Source: Eledone cirrhosa (taxonomy: Eukaryota). From it: a DNA stretch of 64,000 nucleotides. The stretch covers positions 22,878,001 through 22,942,000 of the forward strand of contig OZ024758.1 of the NCBI GenBank assembly GCA_964016885.1, written 5' to 3'. Below are positions 24,800-38,550 of the stretch, piece after piece (the first letter of the stretch is position 1; each line of letters opens with the position of its first letter). A model generated the notes under the pieces. The model was not told the DNA's origin, did not search any database, and was given only the letters and a program-made list of their open reading frames with translations. Position numbers and translations under genes: made by a program.

Positions 24800-25637
24800 T
24801 ATTGAAATTTCCGTTGAAAACAGAAAAGGTCATAGAAGTGAAGAGTGCTCTATGTAATAACCAGAGCAAAATTTAATGTATAAAAATCAATACAATATAA
24901 TTACCTCATTACCAGAGGTTTCCCGAATGAGGCGAATACGAAAGAAACGTCTTTATTCGTTCGTCAGACGAGGCAATATAAAACATGGCTAAATACTTGG
25001 AAAGTCTCATCAAGAAAAGCAAAAAAAATTATATAAATATAGAAAAATGAATTACAATAGCCATATGAAATATATAAAAATCTTTCAAGAAATATAGTTA
25101 GGTGTGTGTATATGTATGTATATACGTTCACAGATGTACATATGTGTGTATGTACAAATGTGTACGTATAGTGAAAAAGTGTGCGTAAATATATGTGTTA
25201 GTGCAAGTGTATCTGTGTATCTGCAACTACAGACAGACACATGATGTGGTTGTCTGTTTAGCAGGTACAATACATATAAATATAATTTCAGCGAGATCGA
25301 ATTTCGGCTGTAGTCGGATCAAAGCGAAACGCCATATCCGAGTTATGCTGGCAAGCGCTCCATTGACCAAATAAAGACCAGAGCAATAAACATAGGTTAT
25401 AAAGGCCAAACAAACTGAGATGGCGGTCAAGAAGCCATCAACCACCTAAGCCAAAAAGACGAGGCAAGCCAATCAGGTCAAACAAAATAATTGAATATTT
25501 ACACACACACACACACACACACACACGTTTATCCCGGGTTCAATCGGGAGTAACTACAGTAAGTATGGCACTCAATACATGGCAGAGATTAAATAATTAA
25601 AATAGAAATGGCTTCTACTGGAAGCCATTTCTATATT

Positions 25638-25680
<43 letters not shown>

Positions 25681-26287
25681 TATACGAGGGCCGGCAGAAA
25701 AATAAACCTCGTTTGGTCATTTCATGAGAGAATCTTGGTCAACCTATGAACTTTTCAGCCAACCCTCGTATAGTCAATATCAAAACTTAGGTCAAGAATA
25801 TGGAAAACTGCGATGTTTTATAAGTTTTCAAAGTCACACTAAAAAAAGAACGGATATCGAAAAACACCATTTTCCTCAAATATATGAAAAGAACTATTTT
25901 TTTATTTTTTGTGAAGGTAAAGAGGTTGAAATAAAATAAAATGCTTTTTCTGTTAAAAGGAAGATAAAGGAAGATAAAGTAATAACAAAAATGAAGCAGA
26001 CGATAATTAGAATTGTTTTCAAAGGTGTTTTAGTCACGCAACTACGTAAAATACGATTTTTAGATACTTTTATATTCATCAAAGAATTTCGTATTTTTTT
26101 TGACAAGAAAGAATATATTTACTTTCGTTTTACAGACTACTACCCTCAGCAATATATATTTCTTTTCTGTTTTCTTACCAGTTTTTCAATGGCAGACATT
26201 CTAGAGAGAAACTGTCTCTTTTACAATGAGAAGAACACCGAGATTCTTTTCATGTTTTTTTTGGCAAAGCGAATGATTTAGTAAATA

Positions 26288-26318
<31 letters not shown>

Positions 26319-26413
26319 GATATATAAATATATATATATGTGTATATATATATATATGTGTGTATATATATATATGCATAAATATATATATGTATACATA
26401 TATACATGCGCGC

Positions 26414-26444
<31 letters not shown>

Positions 26445-26527
26445 CGTGTGTGCGTGTGTTTTCATTGCAGCCATAAACGGGTTGAAAATCCGCTCGGTGA
26501 AACGCGGGTTTAATATGTTGTGGAACT

Positions 26528-26572
<45 letters not shown>

Positions 26573-26669
26573 TCCCTCTCTCTCTCTGTATATATATATG
26601 TATATGTATATATATATATAAATGAAATAACAGGAGACTGGATTGGTGTAAATCCTTGAAAGGTTTATT

Positions 26670-26727
26670 ATACTATGATCATTTCAATGACCGGGTTCCA
26701 TATGAATCCGGTGATATCATCAGGTAT
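26670..26727 (-). ncRNA. Type-I hammerhead ribozyme motif
   Basis: ATAC-CTGATGA-[TATCACCGGATTC ATATG GAACCCGGTCATT]-GAAA-TGATCA-TA-GTAT, then AATAAA. Confidence 0.85.
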
Positions 26728-26852
26728 TGGAATATAACAAAGGAATATGTAAAAAGCCATGGGTCTGAAAAACCATGGATCCGAGAAACCAGAGACAGAG
26801 ATTGACCATACGGAATGACCAGTTCTATCCAGTGGTGAACCAACAAACCTTA

Positions 26853-26905
<53 letters not shown>

Positions 26906-26928
26906 TATAGATATACATACATATATAT

Positions 26929-27060
26929 GCAGTGGTTTGGGAAGAGCACGCTGAAGAAGTCAACGAGAAGAAACGCCTGAAGTACGAGGAATTGGTGAAG
27001 AATTGTATCAGAAAAGAGGTTGGAATACGCATTATGAGTCACCAGAGTTGGGTTGTTAAA
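26929..27060 (+). mobile_element. RLE endonuclease fragment, HERO/NeSL-like non-LTR retrotransposon
   Basis: VWEEHAEEVNEKKRLKYEELVKNCIRK matches the ELTVPWEE..EEA.ERK..KY..L...C...GW pattern. Confidence 0.7.
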
Positions 27061-27319
27061 TTGCTACTAAAGCAATTAAAATGCACGTATAAGAATGTGC
27101 GTGTGTGTGTGTGTGTGTAAGTCTGTGTGTGTACATTTTGTATGCAATGTATTTTTAATTCATTAAAATTCCCTTCGTGGAAACAGAAAAACTAGAGATG
27201 TAGCAACTGTGAATGAGAGGTGGTCGTAATTTCAAAAAAAATTAAGAATTATTTCACGGCGGAAAAAGGGAACAGTGTGTATGACAAAGAATCGGATTTT
27301 TTTTAAGTTGGCAAATGTG

Positions 27320-27988
27320 TCTTCTTCTTTGCCCAGTTATTCCTGAGAGGGTCGTGGCGCAGAGTCCTCAAACACACTTTCCAGTGGGTCCTGTCTGGAG
27401 CAGCCGTCTCCAACTGATCCCGCTGGATCCCTAAGTGTGACCAACCAAGCTTGTGGATGTTATCCAACCATCTTGCTCAGGGTCTATCCCTAGGTCTCCT
27501 GCCAGTTGGTTTTGCCTGTAAAGTCTGTCCAGCAATTCTTTCCCGAGACATCCTAACCACATGCCCATAGTATCGGAGCTGTGATCTCTCAATTCGGAGA
27601 AGTAGCGGCTCTACCTTGAGTGATTCTCTGATCTCCAAGCTACAAATCTGTCCAGCGATTCTTTCCTGAGACATTCTAACGACATGTCCATAGTATCGGA
27701 GCTGTAATCTCTCAATTTGGAGAAGTAGCGGCTCTACCTGGAGTAACTCTCTGATCTCCAAGCTACAAATCTGTCCAGCGATTCTTTCCTGAGACATTCT
27801 AACCACATGCCCATAGTATCGGAGCTGTAATCTCTCAATTTGGAGAAGTAGTGGCTCTACCTGGAGTGTCTTCTGTGATTCTTTCCTGAGACATTCTAAC
27901 CACATTTACATAGTATCTTAGCTGTGATCTCTCAATTCGGAGAAGTATCGGCTCTACCAGGAGTGACTTTCTGATCTCTGAGCTACAC
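27320..27988 (-). mobile_element. RTE-like LINE 3' end with internal 123-bp tandem duplications
   Basis: IERSQLRYYGHVVRMSQERI occurs 4 times (41-aa period), then KPTGRRPRDRP*ARWLDNI and a (GAA)n tail. Confidence 0.85.
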
Positions 27989-29176
27989 ACTTTATAGAAT
28001 ATATCCAATGTATAAATATTATATACGTACAATAACCCTTTTTGATTAAGAAACCTACAGTGACTAAGCCACATTCTTGAAAATTAAATTCAAATACAAA
28101 AGAAAAGAAAAACAAACAGCTAAATATAGTCACACAAAATCCGAGAGAAACACACTGAGTGTGTTTATATTATTCACATAATCTCAGATTAAACTTCTTA
28201 AATCCATAGCTTCTTTACGTTAGAAAACTGTCTATGCAAGTACAAAATGTCATATTATGAACTTATTTAACCGTTGTTATCAGTGCACTGGTTTAAGCAA
28301 GGTGATAATATCATTAGAGATGTCTGGCTAGAGGTGTTTTAATGTATCTCTGCACATGTTGTAACCGCTTCCACTCTTTCAGTCTAAGATACTTATCGTA
28401 ACCAGTATCGTTACAGTTATCTTTCCATCCACGGTCATATGGAATTGTTCGACTGTGAAATTTTAGACTGAAACAAGAAATTAAAAGCTTTGGGTTTAAA
28501 CAGTAATCGTTTGAGGAGGACTAGCAGTGTTCGTCTGGATAAGGTAGTGACCTCAATATTCAAGTATCTTATCATGAGTTCGTGGGAACATAAGCCTTTT
28601 TCTGCTCTACTTACTTAACTCGGTGGCTTTGGTCATGTAAATGTTGTAATAGTTGTGATCAAGGGCAACCAGGGGACAAGTCCCCCTCCCCCACATTTTT
28701 TCAAACGTCTATGTTTTATTTTTTGTTTATTTGATATAATAAATTCTTTTTAAGCTTATTTTTTTTTTTATATCTGAACTTCCTTTGAATATATAAAATT
28801 TAATTAGCGTAAAATTGTACTTATGTGATAGGGTCCGGGAAAGGCATCATAAGCAATTTATACTCCTTTAAGAATCAACAAATGTTGGTTTGTCCCCCTC
28901 ACGTTTTTAAGGCAAACGAGGCCCTTGGTTGTGATAGTGGTTAGATCGAGGTCAACTTTGCCTCTCACCCAGTCTAGTACTGGGGCCAATTCTTTCTTCT
29001 ATATCTCTTTCTCACTACCATTTTTCCCTACTCTATCTTTCTCTGGAAGAAATCTGCTGTATTCAGACCTGGAGAAGGTTTGGGCTCCACCAGGTTTTAA
29101 AATGTCCTAGAAACACCGTATGTCAATATGGCGCCCCTACGACTCATTCGTGAGTTGCTGGTTGAAATATTATATT

Positions 29177-29576
29177 CAGACCTGCCAACCTCTAACGGCG
29201 AGTACCATGAATAAAGTGCTATCAAAAGGGGAGAAATTAGGCAAAATGGGGAGATTTTTACATAATGAAAGCTATAAACATTTTCACAAGAGAAGACATC
29301 TCTCACCCACCCCAAAGTGGGTGGAATACCTCCCTGTACGAAGGGGAAAATCAACAGATTTGCATTAGCACAAGGCCAGCAATTTGGGGGAAGACGAAAA
29401 CCAACAACCGTGTACTTAACTGCTATTGTCATTTATCATTTATCGACCCCGGAAGGGCGATTGATTGGCAGAATCGGTAGAGCGTCGGACCAAATTTTCA
29501 CATGACAAGACATCTGTCACCGACCCCACAGTGGGTCGGAGATCTCCTCGTCGGACGGGGAGAGTTGACAGGTCTG
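29177..29576. mobile_element. hAT-like MITE family with CAGACCTGCCAAC / GTTGACAGGTCTG termini (two partial units)
   Basis: Core CACAAGAGAAGACATCTCTCACCCACCCCAAAGTGGGTGG recurs at 47486-47786(-), 57825-58092 and 59726-59900. Confidence 0.7.
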
Positions 29577-29867
29577 CAAGCTATTTAATCCAGGACTTCA
29601 CCATAAACATGTTAGGCTTCAAATAAAATCTTTAGCCAAGAATTTGTTTTCATATAAGAATTGTTGGTTGAAATATATGTTCCAAACAACCTGTCTAATA
29701 GTATGGGTGCGTGTCTGTGAACCTCAGTGCGGGTGTGTGTCTGTAAAACATATATATATATATATACACACACACACACCAGGTCCGAACTCAAGAGAAC
29801 CAAACTACCCCTGTCACTGCTTCAGTGTTAGTGTGTCTGTAAAACATATATATAAATATATATAAAT

Positions 29868-31190
29868 TATGATTGTTCAACGCAAAAAGGTTGTATAAAC
29901 GCCTTCCAACACATAACAATACACGTAAAACATCGGCTATAACATCACAAAACAACAAACAACATCCCATCCTGCCTAAGCAACTCATCAACCCATCCAT
30001 GGTAATACAACAACGCATAATTATAACTGTAACTGTGTCCAACCAGGAATGTATCCGTTGAACAATCAGTGTCTTGAACGCAACATCATATACAAATGTA
30101 CTATCGAATCGGGTAGCCAGAAGTGGTACTGTGTGGGGGTCTACAGCTACCTCCTTCAAATCTCGCCTTTATAGACATCGTTACTCGATAAAACATGAAA
30201 ACCAGCGTTATGTATCAATACTCACAGACAAGGCTTGGCAGTTGCGCGAAAATAACCAACAATTTAACCTAAAATGCAGCTGCCCCTGCATATTTCCAAG
30301 GACAGGAATTTTGTAAATTGTGTAATATGGAATTATTTTGTATTATAAAATCCAAAAATATTTTATTAAATAACAGAATAGAGCCATCGTTATACTGTAA
30401 CCATCGCTTGAAATCTACATTTTCATATTACAAACGCTACCAGGATTGAACGCCTGGCTCCATCTCCGTTTGATTGTCAAAATACATATTAACATTCTCT
30501 ATTAGTCTTAATTCTATCAACTCTTCTATTCTTTACCATTTAATATAAACTGCTATAGATAAAATGAGATTTCTTAATTCAATTCCCTAATGCATATACC
30601 AGCAGGCTACCAGCATTGTTGTTATACAGTAGCAGTGAAAATCTCTCTCTTTCTTACTTGACACTTTATATCTGTATTAATACTACTACACCAAACGACC
30701 AGCCCTGTCCATTGTTCAATTGGTCAAATATAGATTAAAATAGGCACTCCCAAAAATTCTTATTTAGATCAAATAAGCCATATACTCATCGTATTCACAT
30801 TAATTAAAAACCTTCTATATACTTGTTTACCAGCAAATTGAATTGCCATCTGTCATATACTATCCCCTCTCTTCTTCCTTTCTTACAACTAATATAAATA
30901 CCTCAATTTTTCTGATTTTTTCCAATTTATTCAATATCTCTGAAGAAGTGACAACTGATTATACATTTGCTATCGAATACTTGCTAACATTATATGATTA
31001 CGCAAGCAGCGATACATAGGTATTCCGTCTGTTACAGAAACATGTCAATACCTAATAAATTCCTTTATAAAAGCACTTTCATTTTATATTCATCTTTTCT
31101 ACATTTTCTCCGGAATATAATTTATACTCGTTGAGCAAACCTACACGTACGCTGTTCATCTCTAACGTGACGATATATTATGATTACATT
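29868..31190 (+). mobile_element. 5'-truncated, decayed Penelope-like retroelement (GIY-YIG endonuclease plus 3' region with hammerhead)
   Basis: Across frameshifts: LFNAK..., CNCVQPGMYPLNNQCLERNIIYKC, WGSTATSFKSRLYRHRYS, ILTDKAWQLRE, FCKLCNMELFCI, YCNHR. Degenerate hammerhead CTGAAGA-[AGTGACA...TGTTACA]-GAAA-CATG-TC at 30940-31046, then AATAAA. (TA)n lies on both sides. Confidence 0.85.
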
Positions 31191-31204
31191 ATTGATAACT
31201 TGAA

Positions 31205-31241
<37 letters not shown>

Positions 31242-31328
31242 CAGGTCCGAACACAAAGGAACCAAACTCCCCCTGTCACTGCTTCAGTGATAGTGTCTGT
31301 AAAACACACACACACACACACACACACA

Positions 31329-31376
<48 letters not shown>

Positions 31377-31835
31377 AACTCGTTCCTATTACCCACTCTA
31401 CTACCCTAAGTATTGAGCACTTTGGTGCGTTATGGTCCATCTGGTTCCTTACCACATTTCCTTCGTTATATATATATAGTGGATTGGCAGTATCGGTAGA
31501 GGGTCTGACGCTATGCTTTGCAGCAAAGAGTTACGCCCCTTTATGGTTTGAGTTCAAATCCCGCCGAGGTTAACTTTGCCTTTCATCCTTACGGGGTCGA
31601 TAAAATAAAGTACCAGTAATGCACTGGATAATTGCTGGCCTTGTGCCAAAAGTAGAAACAGTTATATATATATATATATATATATACATCAGGTCCGAAC
31701 ACAAAGGAACCAAACTTCCACTGTCACTGCCTCAGCGTGAGTGTGTCTGTGAAACATATATATGCATATATGTCTGAACATATAGTAATCAAACTCCAAC
31801 TGTCACTACCTCCATCTCTCACTATTATGAGCAAA

Positions 31836-32515
31836 GGGCGGTGGATTGGCAGTATCGGTAGAGGGTCGGACGCCATGTTAGGGTGGTGGATTGGCAGTAT
31901 CGGTAGAGGGTCGGACGCCATGTTAGGGTGGTGGATTGGCAGTATCGGTAGAGGGTCGGACGCCATGTTAGGGTGGTGGATTGGCAATATCGGTAGAGGG
32001 TCGGACGCCATGTTAGGGTGGTGGATTGGCAGTATCGGTAGAGGGTCGGACGCCATGTTAGGGTGGTGGATTGGCAGTATCGGTAGAGGGTCGGACGCCA
32101 TGTTAGGGTGGTGGATTGGCAGTATCGGTAGAGGGTCGGACGCCATGTTAGGGTGGTGGATTGGCAGTATCGGTAGAGGGTCAGACGCCATGTTAGGGTG
32201 GTGGATTGGCAGTATCGGTAGAGGGTCGGACGCCATGTTATGGTGGTGGATTGGCAGTATCGGTAGAGGGTCGGACGCCATGTTAGGGTGGTTGATTGGC
32301 AATATCGGTAGAGGGTCGGACGCCATGTTAGGGTGGTGGATTGGCAGTATCGGTAGAGGGTCGGACGCCATGCTTTCCAGCATAGTTACGTCGCTTTACG
32401 ATCTGAGTTCAAATCCCACCGAGGTTGACTTTGCCTTTCATCCTTACGGGGTCGATAAAATAAAGTACCAGTAATGCACTGGGAAATTGCTGGCCTTGAG
32501 CCTAAAGTAGAAACA
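31836..32515 (+). mobile_element. SINE with 12 tandem 45-bp heads, flanked by a 15-bp target-site duplication
   Basis: GGGTGGTGGATTGGCAGTATCGGTAGAGGGTCGGACGCCATGTTA x12, the last unit running into a complete SINE. ACTATTATGAGCAAA is at both 31821-31835 and 32516-32530. Confidence 0.95.
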
Positions 32516-33128
32516 ACTATTATGAGCAAATGGGGGCCCACGCGTTGGCCTCCCCGCAGCCCCGGCGGACAGGAAATGTTATACGTGAATCATCAGAATG
32601 GGAATTTAGATTGAGTGAGGAACACGTCAAGTGGTTAATGGACATGATTTGACAGAATCGTTAGAGAGTCGGATGAATGACTTGAGATATTCAAGCTACG
32701 GTTCAGTGCGTTCTGAAGTCAAATTCGATCAAGGTCAGCTTCGCTATTCACCGTTCTGCGGGTAAATAAAATAACATACCAGACAAGTACTGACTCGATT
32801 TTATTGATACAATAGAAAATTCAAAAGATCCAAATAGACGATTTGTTCTATTCAAATAGAAAGAAAATAATACAGATAGCAGTATTGTGGCCTGTGGTGT
32901 GTGTGTGTGTGTGTGTGTGTGTGTGGAGGGGTGACCTTTCTCCAGGTGCATTGGGTCATTTGATTTGTCAAAAGTTCAAGTTATAACTAGATCAGAGTTT
33001 CCTGAACTTTCCACACTGGTGGCATATAATTTTTTGTGACATATTTATTAAGTTTTATTGGTGAAGTTTCCCTTTGCTTTCTTCTTTCAAACTTAAATCA
33101 GAATGGATGCAGTAAAATCCAGTTAGAC

Positions 33129-33334
33129 CAGGCATGTCAAACTGAGGGTGTCCCGAGAACCACATGGGTCAATATGTGTTGTCTAAGAGCCGCAGACGAC
33201 AACTACTGCGCACATTACAACTAATTTTTTTAAATTTATATTACGAAGATAAAATATGCTCGCACTGTAAAAACTTTTGTGCGGGCCGCAGGTGTGCTTT
33301 TAAAGGGCCGCAGGCCGCCTGTTTGACATGCTTG
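33129..33334. mobile_element. hAT-type MITE with 8-bp TSD
   Basis: AGTTAGAC|CAGGCATGTCAAAC...GTTTGACATGCTTG|AGTTAGAC. A related copy at ~49205-49513 has an internal 22-bp tandem repeat. Confidence 0.9.
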
Positions 33335-33399
33335 AGTTAGACCATTACTCACCAGAATATTCGATACGGATGAGCTCTAGCCGTTTCAACAGCTAGTTC

Positions 33400-33723
33400 T
33401 TGGGCCCTGAAGGAGGTAGGCTCGGTAAATAAAATTTGGAGGGAGGAAGATGCCCCCTCCGGCTAACGGGGCCCTGTGTTTAACCCGTTGGCATTTACAT
33501 TACTATTATATTTTCATGGTAAAGGCTTTATCTCACATAATATGGAATCTACGAGATTTTAATGATGTTATTATTTATTTTGAGAATAACACCTTAACGT
33601 CGGTATGAGTGGCCAATTATGGCCGGTTTGGACAGAGAGAGGCGAGAGAATTCTGGCCGGATATGGCCGGTTTAAATGCTAAAGGCTTAAGCACATCTAA
33701 GCACAATGGTTAATCCGGCCCTG
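33400..33723. mobile_element. hAT-like MITE remnant with a nested piggyBac-type MITE
   Basis: Right end GGTTAATCCGGCCCTG, interrupted at TTAA by the 33480-33690 MITE with TTAA on both sides. Confidence 0.65.
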
Positions 33724-34774
33724 CCCAGAGAGCTATGTACATAGTCTCATTTCTAGATCGAATTCGCTTCACTTCACATAAACGCAATATACCCCAACCC
33801 CGTCTCATCAAAATTAAATGACTTCTAATAAAAATTAATCAAAATTAAATGGCTTCTAATAAAAAGAAGTATTTTCTATTAGATTAACAATAACGTGATT
33901 TGAAAGAACTTTAATGGGCACATGCGTAATTCTTTAGTCTAAAAGAATAATATCAGTTATATAATCAACGAATATATCCCTTATTCTAGAACTTATCCTT
34001 GGTTTAACATTTATTTACAAATATTTTTCTGACTGTTTTCCTGTGACACAATGAACAGTTATAAATATTATCAGTTCACCGGTACCAAGTTTATACACAC
34101 TCTAACACGATGCGTAGTATTTATTTTGAAACGCATATTTCCCATGAAGGTTATTACATTGAAAATAAAACTCAAAGTTAAAGTGTGACGACAACCCTAC
34201 CGTCAGAGCTAAGCAACGAAGAAGGCGAAAATAAACCAATTCCGTCAGTAAGACGCCATTTACACGAAGAATTTTACATTAACTTATCGTTCAACTTACA
34301 AGCGGCGAATTGTCACAGTCGTTAGAACGTCGGATAGAACAAGGCCAGTAATTTGGGGAAAGAGAAAAGCCAACGACCCTGTACTTAACTGCTATTCTAA
34401 TGTGTCGCAAATTCTTTATATAGGCGGCGAATTGACAGAGTCGTTAGAATGTCGGATAGAATGCTTTATGGTATTCACTCTGGCTCTTTGCTTTCTGAGT
34501 TCAAATCCTGCCGAGATCAACTTTACCTTTCACCAGGTCGATAAAAAAAACGTACCAGTCTAGTACTGGGGTCGATTCTTCCTCTAAATTTCTTTCTCAT
34601 TTCCTCTCTCTCTCTCACTTTCTATCTTTCTCTGAAAGAAATCTGCTGTACTCAGACCTGGAGAGGGGTGGGCTCTGCCAGGCTTAAAATGTCCAAGAAA
34701 CGCCGTATGTCAATACGGCGCTCCTACAACTCTAACAGGAGGGAGTTACGGGACCATATATATATACATACATT

Positions 34775-35090
34775 GTTCAACTTATATATATTTATTATTC
34801 AATTTAATATATTTATTATTCAATTTAATATATTTATTATTCAATTTAATATATTTATTATTCAATTTAATATATTTATTATTCAATTTAATATATTTAT
34901 TATTCAATTTAATATATTTATTATTCAATTTAATATATTTATTATTCAATTTAATATATTTATTATTCAATTTAATATATTTATTATTCAATTTAATATA
35001 TTTATTATTCAATTTAATATATTTATTATTCAATTTAATATATTTATTATTCAATTTAATATATTTATTATTCAACTTAATATATTTATA
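34775..35090. repeat. 21-bp AT-rich minisatellite (~14 units)
   Basis: ATTTATTATTCAATTTAATAT repeated. Confidence 0.95.
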
Positions 35091-35339
35091 TTTAGTGTTT
35101 ATATCTCATATTTTTGAAGTTGTTTATAGTTTAATTAATACATTTTTTGAGATTTATAAAAGGAAAAAAATACTATTAATGAGTCACACACACCTGTACA
35201 CCAGGCCGAACACAGAGGACCCAAACTTCCACTGTCATCGCCTCCATCTTTCACTATTGTGAGCAAATGGGGTCCCACGCGGACATCTACGACAACACTG
35301 GTGTTATTACAGAAATATTCTCTCTCTTTCACTTACTGC

Positions 35340-35590
35340 TTCCATCTCTCTCGCTCTTCCCATCTCTCACTATTATAAGCAGATGGGTAAAGCGGCCCCG
35401 GCGAACAGAATCGAGAAGGCGTTTCCTCGGAGGATGAAGAGGGAGGGAGACACGTTGGAAGAGCCATTCCAGCTCGTGAAGCTTACACCTGCCGGTAGCC
35501 AACTCTGTGCCGATGGTGGTGAGTAGAGAGGTGGTCCTAGTGCCAAGGACACCAGAAGTCTCCATTGTTCAACTGAAAGTGGCATATTGG
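35340..35590 (-). mobile_element. RLE-type (CRE-like) retrotransposon 3' fragment
   Basis: PLSVE/METSGVLGTRT...ELEWLFQRVSL / ILRGNAFSIL. Related pieces at 36384-36520(+), 18185-18282(-) and 32516-32572(-). Confidence 0.75.
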
Positions 35591-36659
35591 CGTGTCTAAC
35601 CAAACTGAGGTGTGTCTAACCACCAGGGCCAGACTTTCATCTGTTGAGGCCTTATATTATATGAAATGTGAGGCTCTTCTCTAAAGAAGTATAATCATTG
35701 TGAATTGGCAGTATCGGTAGAGGGTTGGACGCCATGCTTTCTAGCATAGTTACGTCCCTTTACAGTCTGAGTTCAAATCCCGCCGAGGTTAACTTTGCCT
35801 TTCATCCTTACGGGGGCGATAAATAAAGTACCAGTAATGTACTGGGCAATTGCTGGTCTTGTGCCAAAAGTAGAAACAATTATTTTTATGATCTGAGGTC
35901 AAATTCCGCCGAGGTTAACTTAAGGGCGGTGGATTGGCAGTATCGGTAGAGGGTCGGACGCCATGCTTTGACGTATAGAGTTACGGCCCTTGCCATTCTG
36001 AGTTCAAATCCCGCCGAGGTTAACTTTGCCTTTCATCCTTACGGGGTCGATAAAATAAAGTACCAGTAATGCACTGGGTAATTGCTGGCCTTGTGCCAAA
36101 AGTAGAAACAATTATTAAAATAAAGTACCAGTAATACGCTGGGATAATTGCTGGCCTTGTGCCAACAGTAGAAACAATTATTATATTATTATATTATCAT
36201 TATTAAAATAAAGTACCAGTAATGTACTGAGATAATTGCTGGCCTTGTGCCTAAAGTAGAAACAATTATTTTTATATTAATATTAATGGTGAGGGCGGTG
36301 GGCTGGCAGAATCGGTAGAACGTCGGACAAAAGGCTTTGCAGCATAGAGTTATGGCCCTTTGCGTTCTGAGATCAAATCCCGCCCAGCTGGAATGGCTCT
36401 CCCAACTCGTCTCCCACACCATCCACCGGGGAAACGCCTTCTCTATTCTGTCCGCCGGGGCCGTGGGGCGACCAGCACACGGACCCTCATTTGCTTCTAA
36501 TGGTGAGAGAGTGGGAGGGCCTGCCATCCTTACGGGGTCGATAAAATAAAGTACCAGTAACGCACTGGGGTCGATTTAGTCGACTTTCCTTTTCCCCTTC
36601 AAATTGCTGGCCTTGTGCCAAATGTAGAAAGAGTTATAAAGAATAGATAAAGACTAGAC

Positions 36660-38508
36660 ATTTCTCTCTCTCTCTATATATATATATATGTGTGTATCTG
36701 TGTGTGTGTGTATGTATGTGTGTGTGTGTGGGTGTGCGTGTGTGTTTGTGTGCGTGTGTGGGTATATGTGTGTGTGTGTGTATGTGTGTGTATGTGTGTG
36801 TTTGTATGTGTGTGCATGTGTGTGTTTGTATGTGCGTGTGTGTGTAGAAACAGTTAAAAAGAATAGATAAAGAATAGACATTTCTCTCTCTCTCTCCCTC
36901 TATATATATATATATGTGTGTGTGTGTGTGGGGGGGGGCGTGTGTGTTTGTGTGCGTGTGTGGGTATATATGTGTGTGTGTGTGTGTATGTGTGTGTTTG
37001 TATGTGTGTGCATGTGTGCATGTGTGTGTTTGTATGTGCGTGTGTGTGTAGAAACAGTTAAAAAGAATAGATAAAGAATAGACATTTCTCTCTCTCTATA
37101 TATATATATATGTGTGTATGTGTGTATGTATGTATGTGTGTGCGTGTGTGTATGTGTGCGTGTGTGGGTATATGTGTGTGTATGCGTGTGTGGGTATATG
37201 TGTGTGTGTGTATATGTGTGTGTATGTGTGTGTTTGTATGTGTGTGCATGTGTGTATGTGTGCATGTGTGTGTTTGTATGTGCGTGTGTGTGTGTATGTG
37301 TATGTGTGTATGTGTGCGTGTGTGTGTTTGTATGTGCGTGTGTGTGTATGTGTATGTGTGTATGTGTGCGTGTGTGTGTTTGTATGTGCGTGTGTGTGTG
37401 TATGTGTATGTGTGTATGTGTGCGTGTGTGTGTGTTTGTATGTGCGTGTGTGTGTGTATGTGTATGTGTGTATGTGTGTGTTTGTATGTATGTGTGTGTG
37501 CGTATGTGTGTGTGCGTATGTGTGCGTGTGTGTTTGTATATGTGTGTGTATGTGTGTGTGTGCGTGTGTGTGTTTGTATGTGTGTGTATGTATGTATGTG
37601 TGTATGTGTGTGTGTATGTGTGTATGTGTGCGTGTATGTGTTTGTGTGTGCGTGTGTATGTGTGTGCGTGTGTTTATATGTGTGTGTGTATGTGTCTGTG
37701 TGTGTATGTGTGCGTGTGCGTGTTTGTATGTGTGTGTATGTGTATGTGTGTAGGTGTGCGTGTCTGTGTTTGTATGTGTGTGTGTATGTGTGTTTGTGTG
37801 TGTGTGTATGTGTGTGTATGTCTATGTGTGTATGTGTATGTGTGTATGTGTATGTGTCCGTGTGTGTGTGTATATGTGTATGTGTGCGTGTGTGTGTATG
37901 TGTGTATGTGTATGTGTGCGTGTGTGTGTGTGTATATGTGCTTGTGTGCGTGTGTGTATGTGTATGTGTGTGTGTATGTGTGTATGTATATATATGTATT
38001 TAAATAAATATTGAAGCGTCGATTGAGTTGAAATGTTTAGAAATGTAGAAAATCTCGGATGTTGGAAAATGGCAGCTACTTTCCAGTATTTGGGATTTTT
38101 TACATTGCTAAACATACCCACACATATATAAATACACACACACACACACATATATATACCGTATACATACACACACACATACACATATACACACACACAT
38201 ATATATAAATACACACACACACATATATATACCGTATACATACACACACACATACACATATACACACACACATATATATAAATACACACACACACACACA
38301 GATATATATACCGTATACATACACACACACATACACATATACACACACACATATAAGCACATACATATATATACAAATATACGGATACACATATATCTAT
38401 GTACTGCATATACACACACACACACACTTATATATATATGTATTCTGTATATATATACACATACACACATACACACGCACACATACATACACACACATAT
38501 ATATTATG

Positions 38509-38550
<42 letters not shown>

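Noticed and set aside
31878-32287. TTAGGG once per 45-bp unit
   Set aside because: Single hexamers formed at the unit junction, not a telomeric array.
31724-32474. ORFs of 219-277 aa with 15-aa repeats (also 41384-42217), and a superficial CRISPR-like look
   Set aside because: The 45-bp unit is a SINE head and a multiple of 3, so frames stay open by chance. There are no unique spacers and no cas genes.
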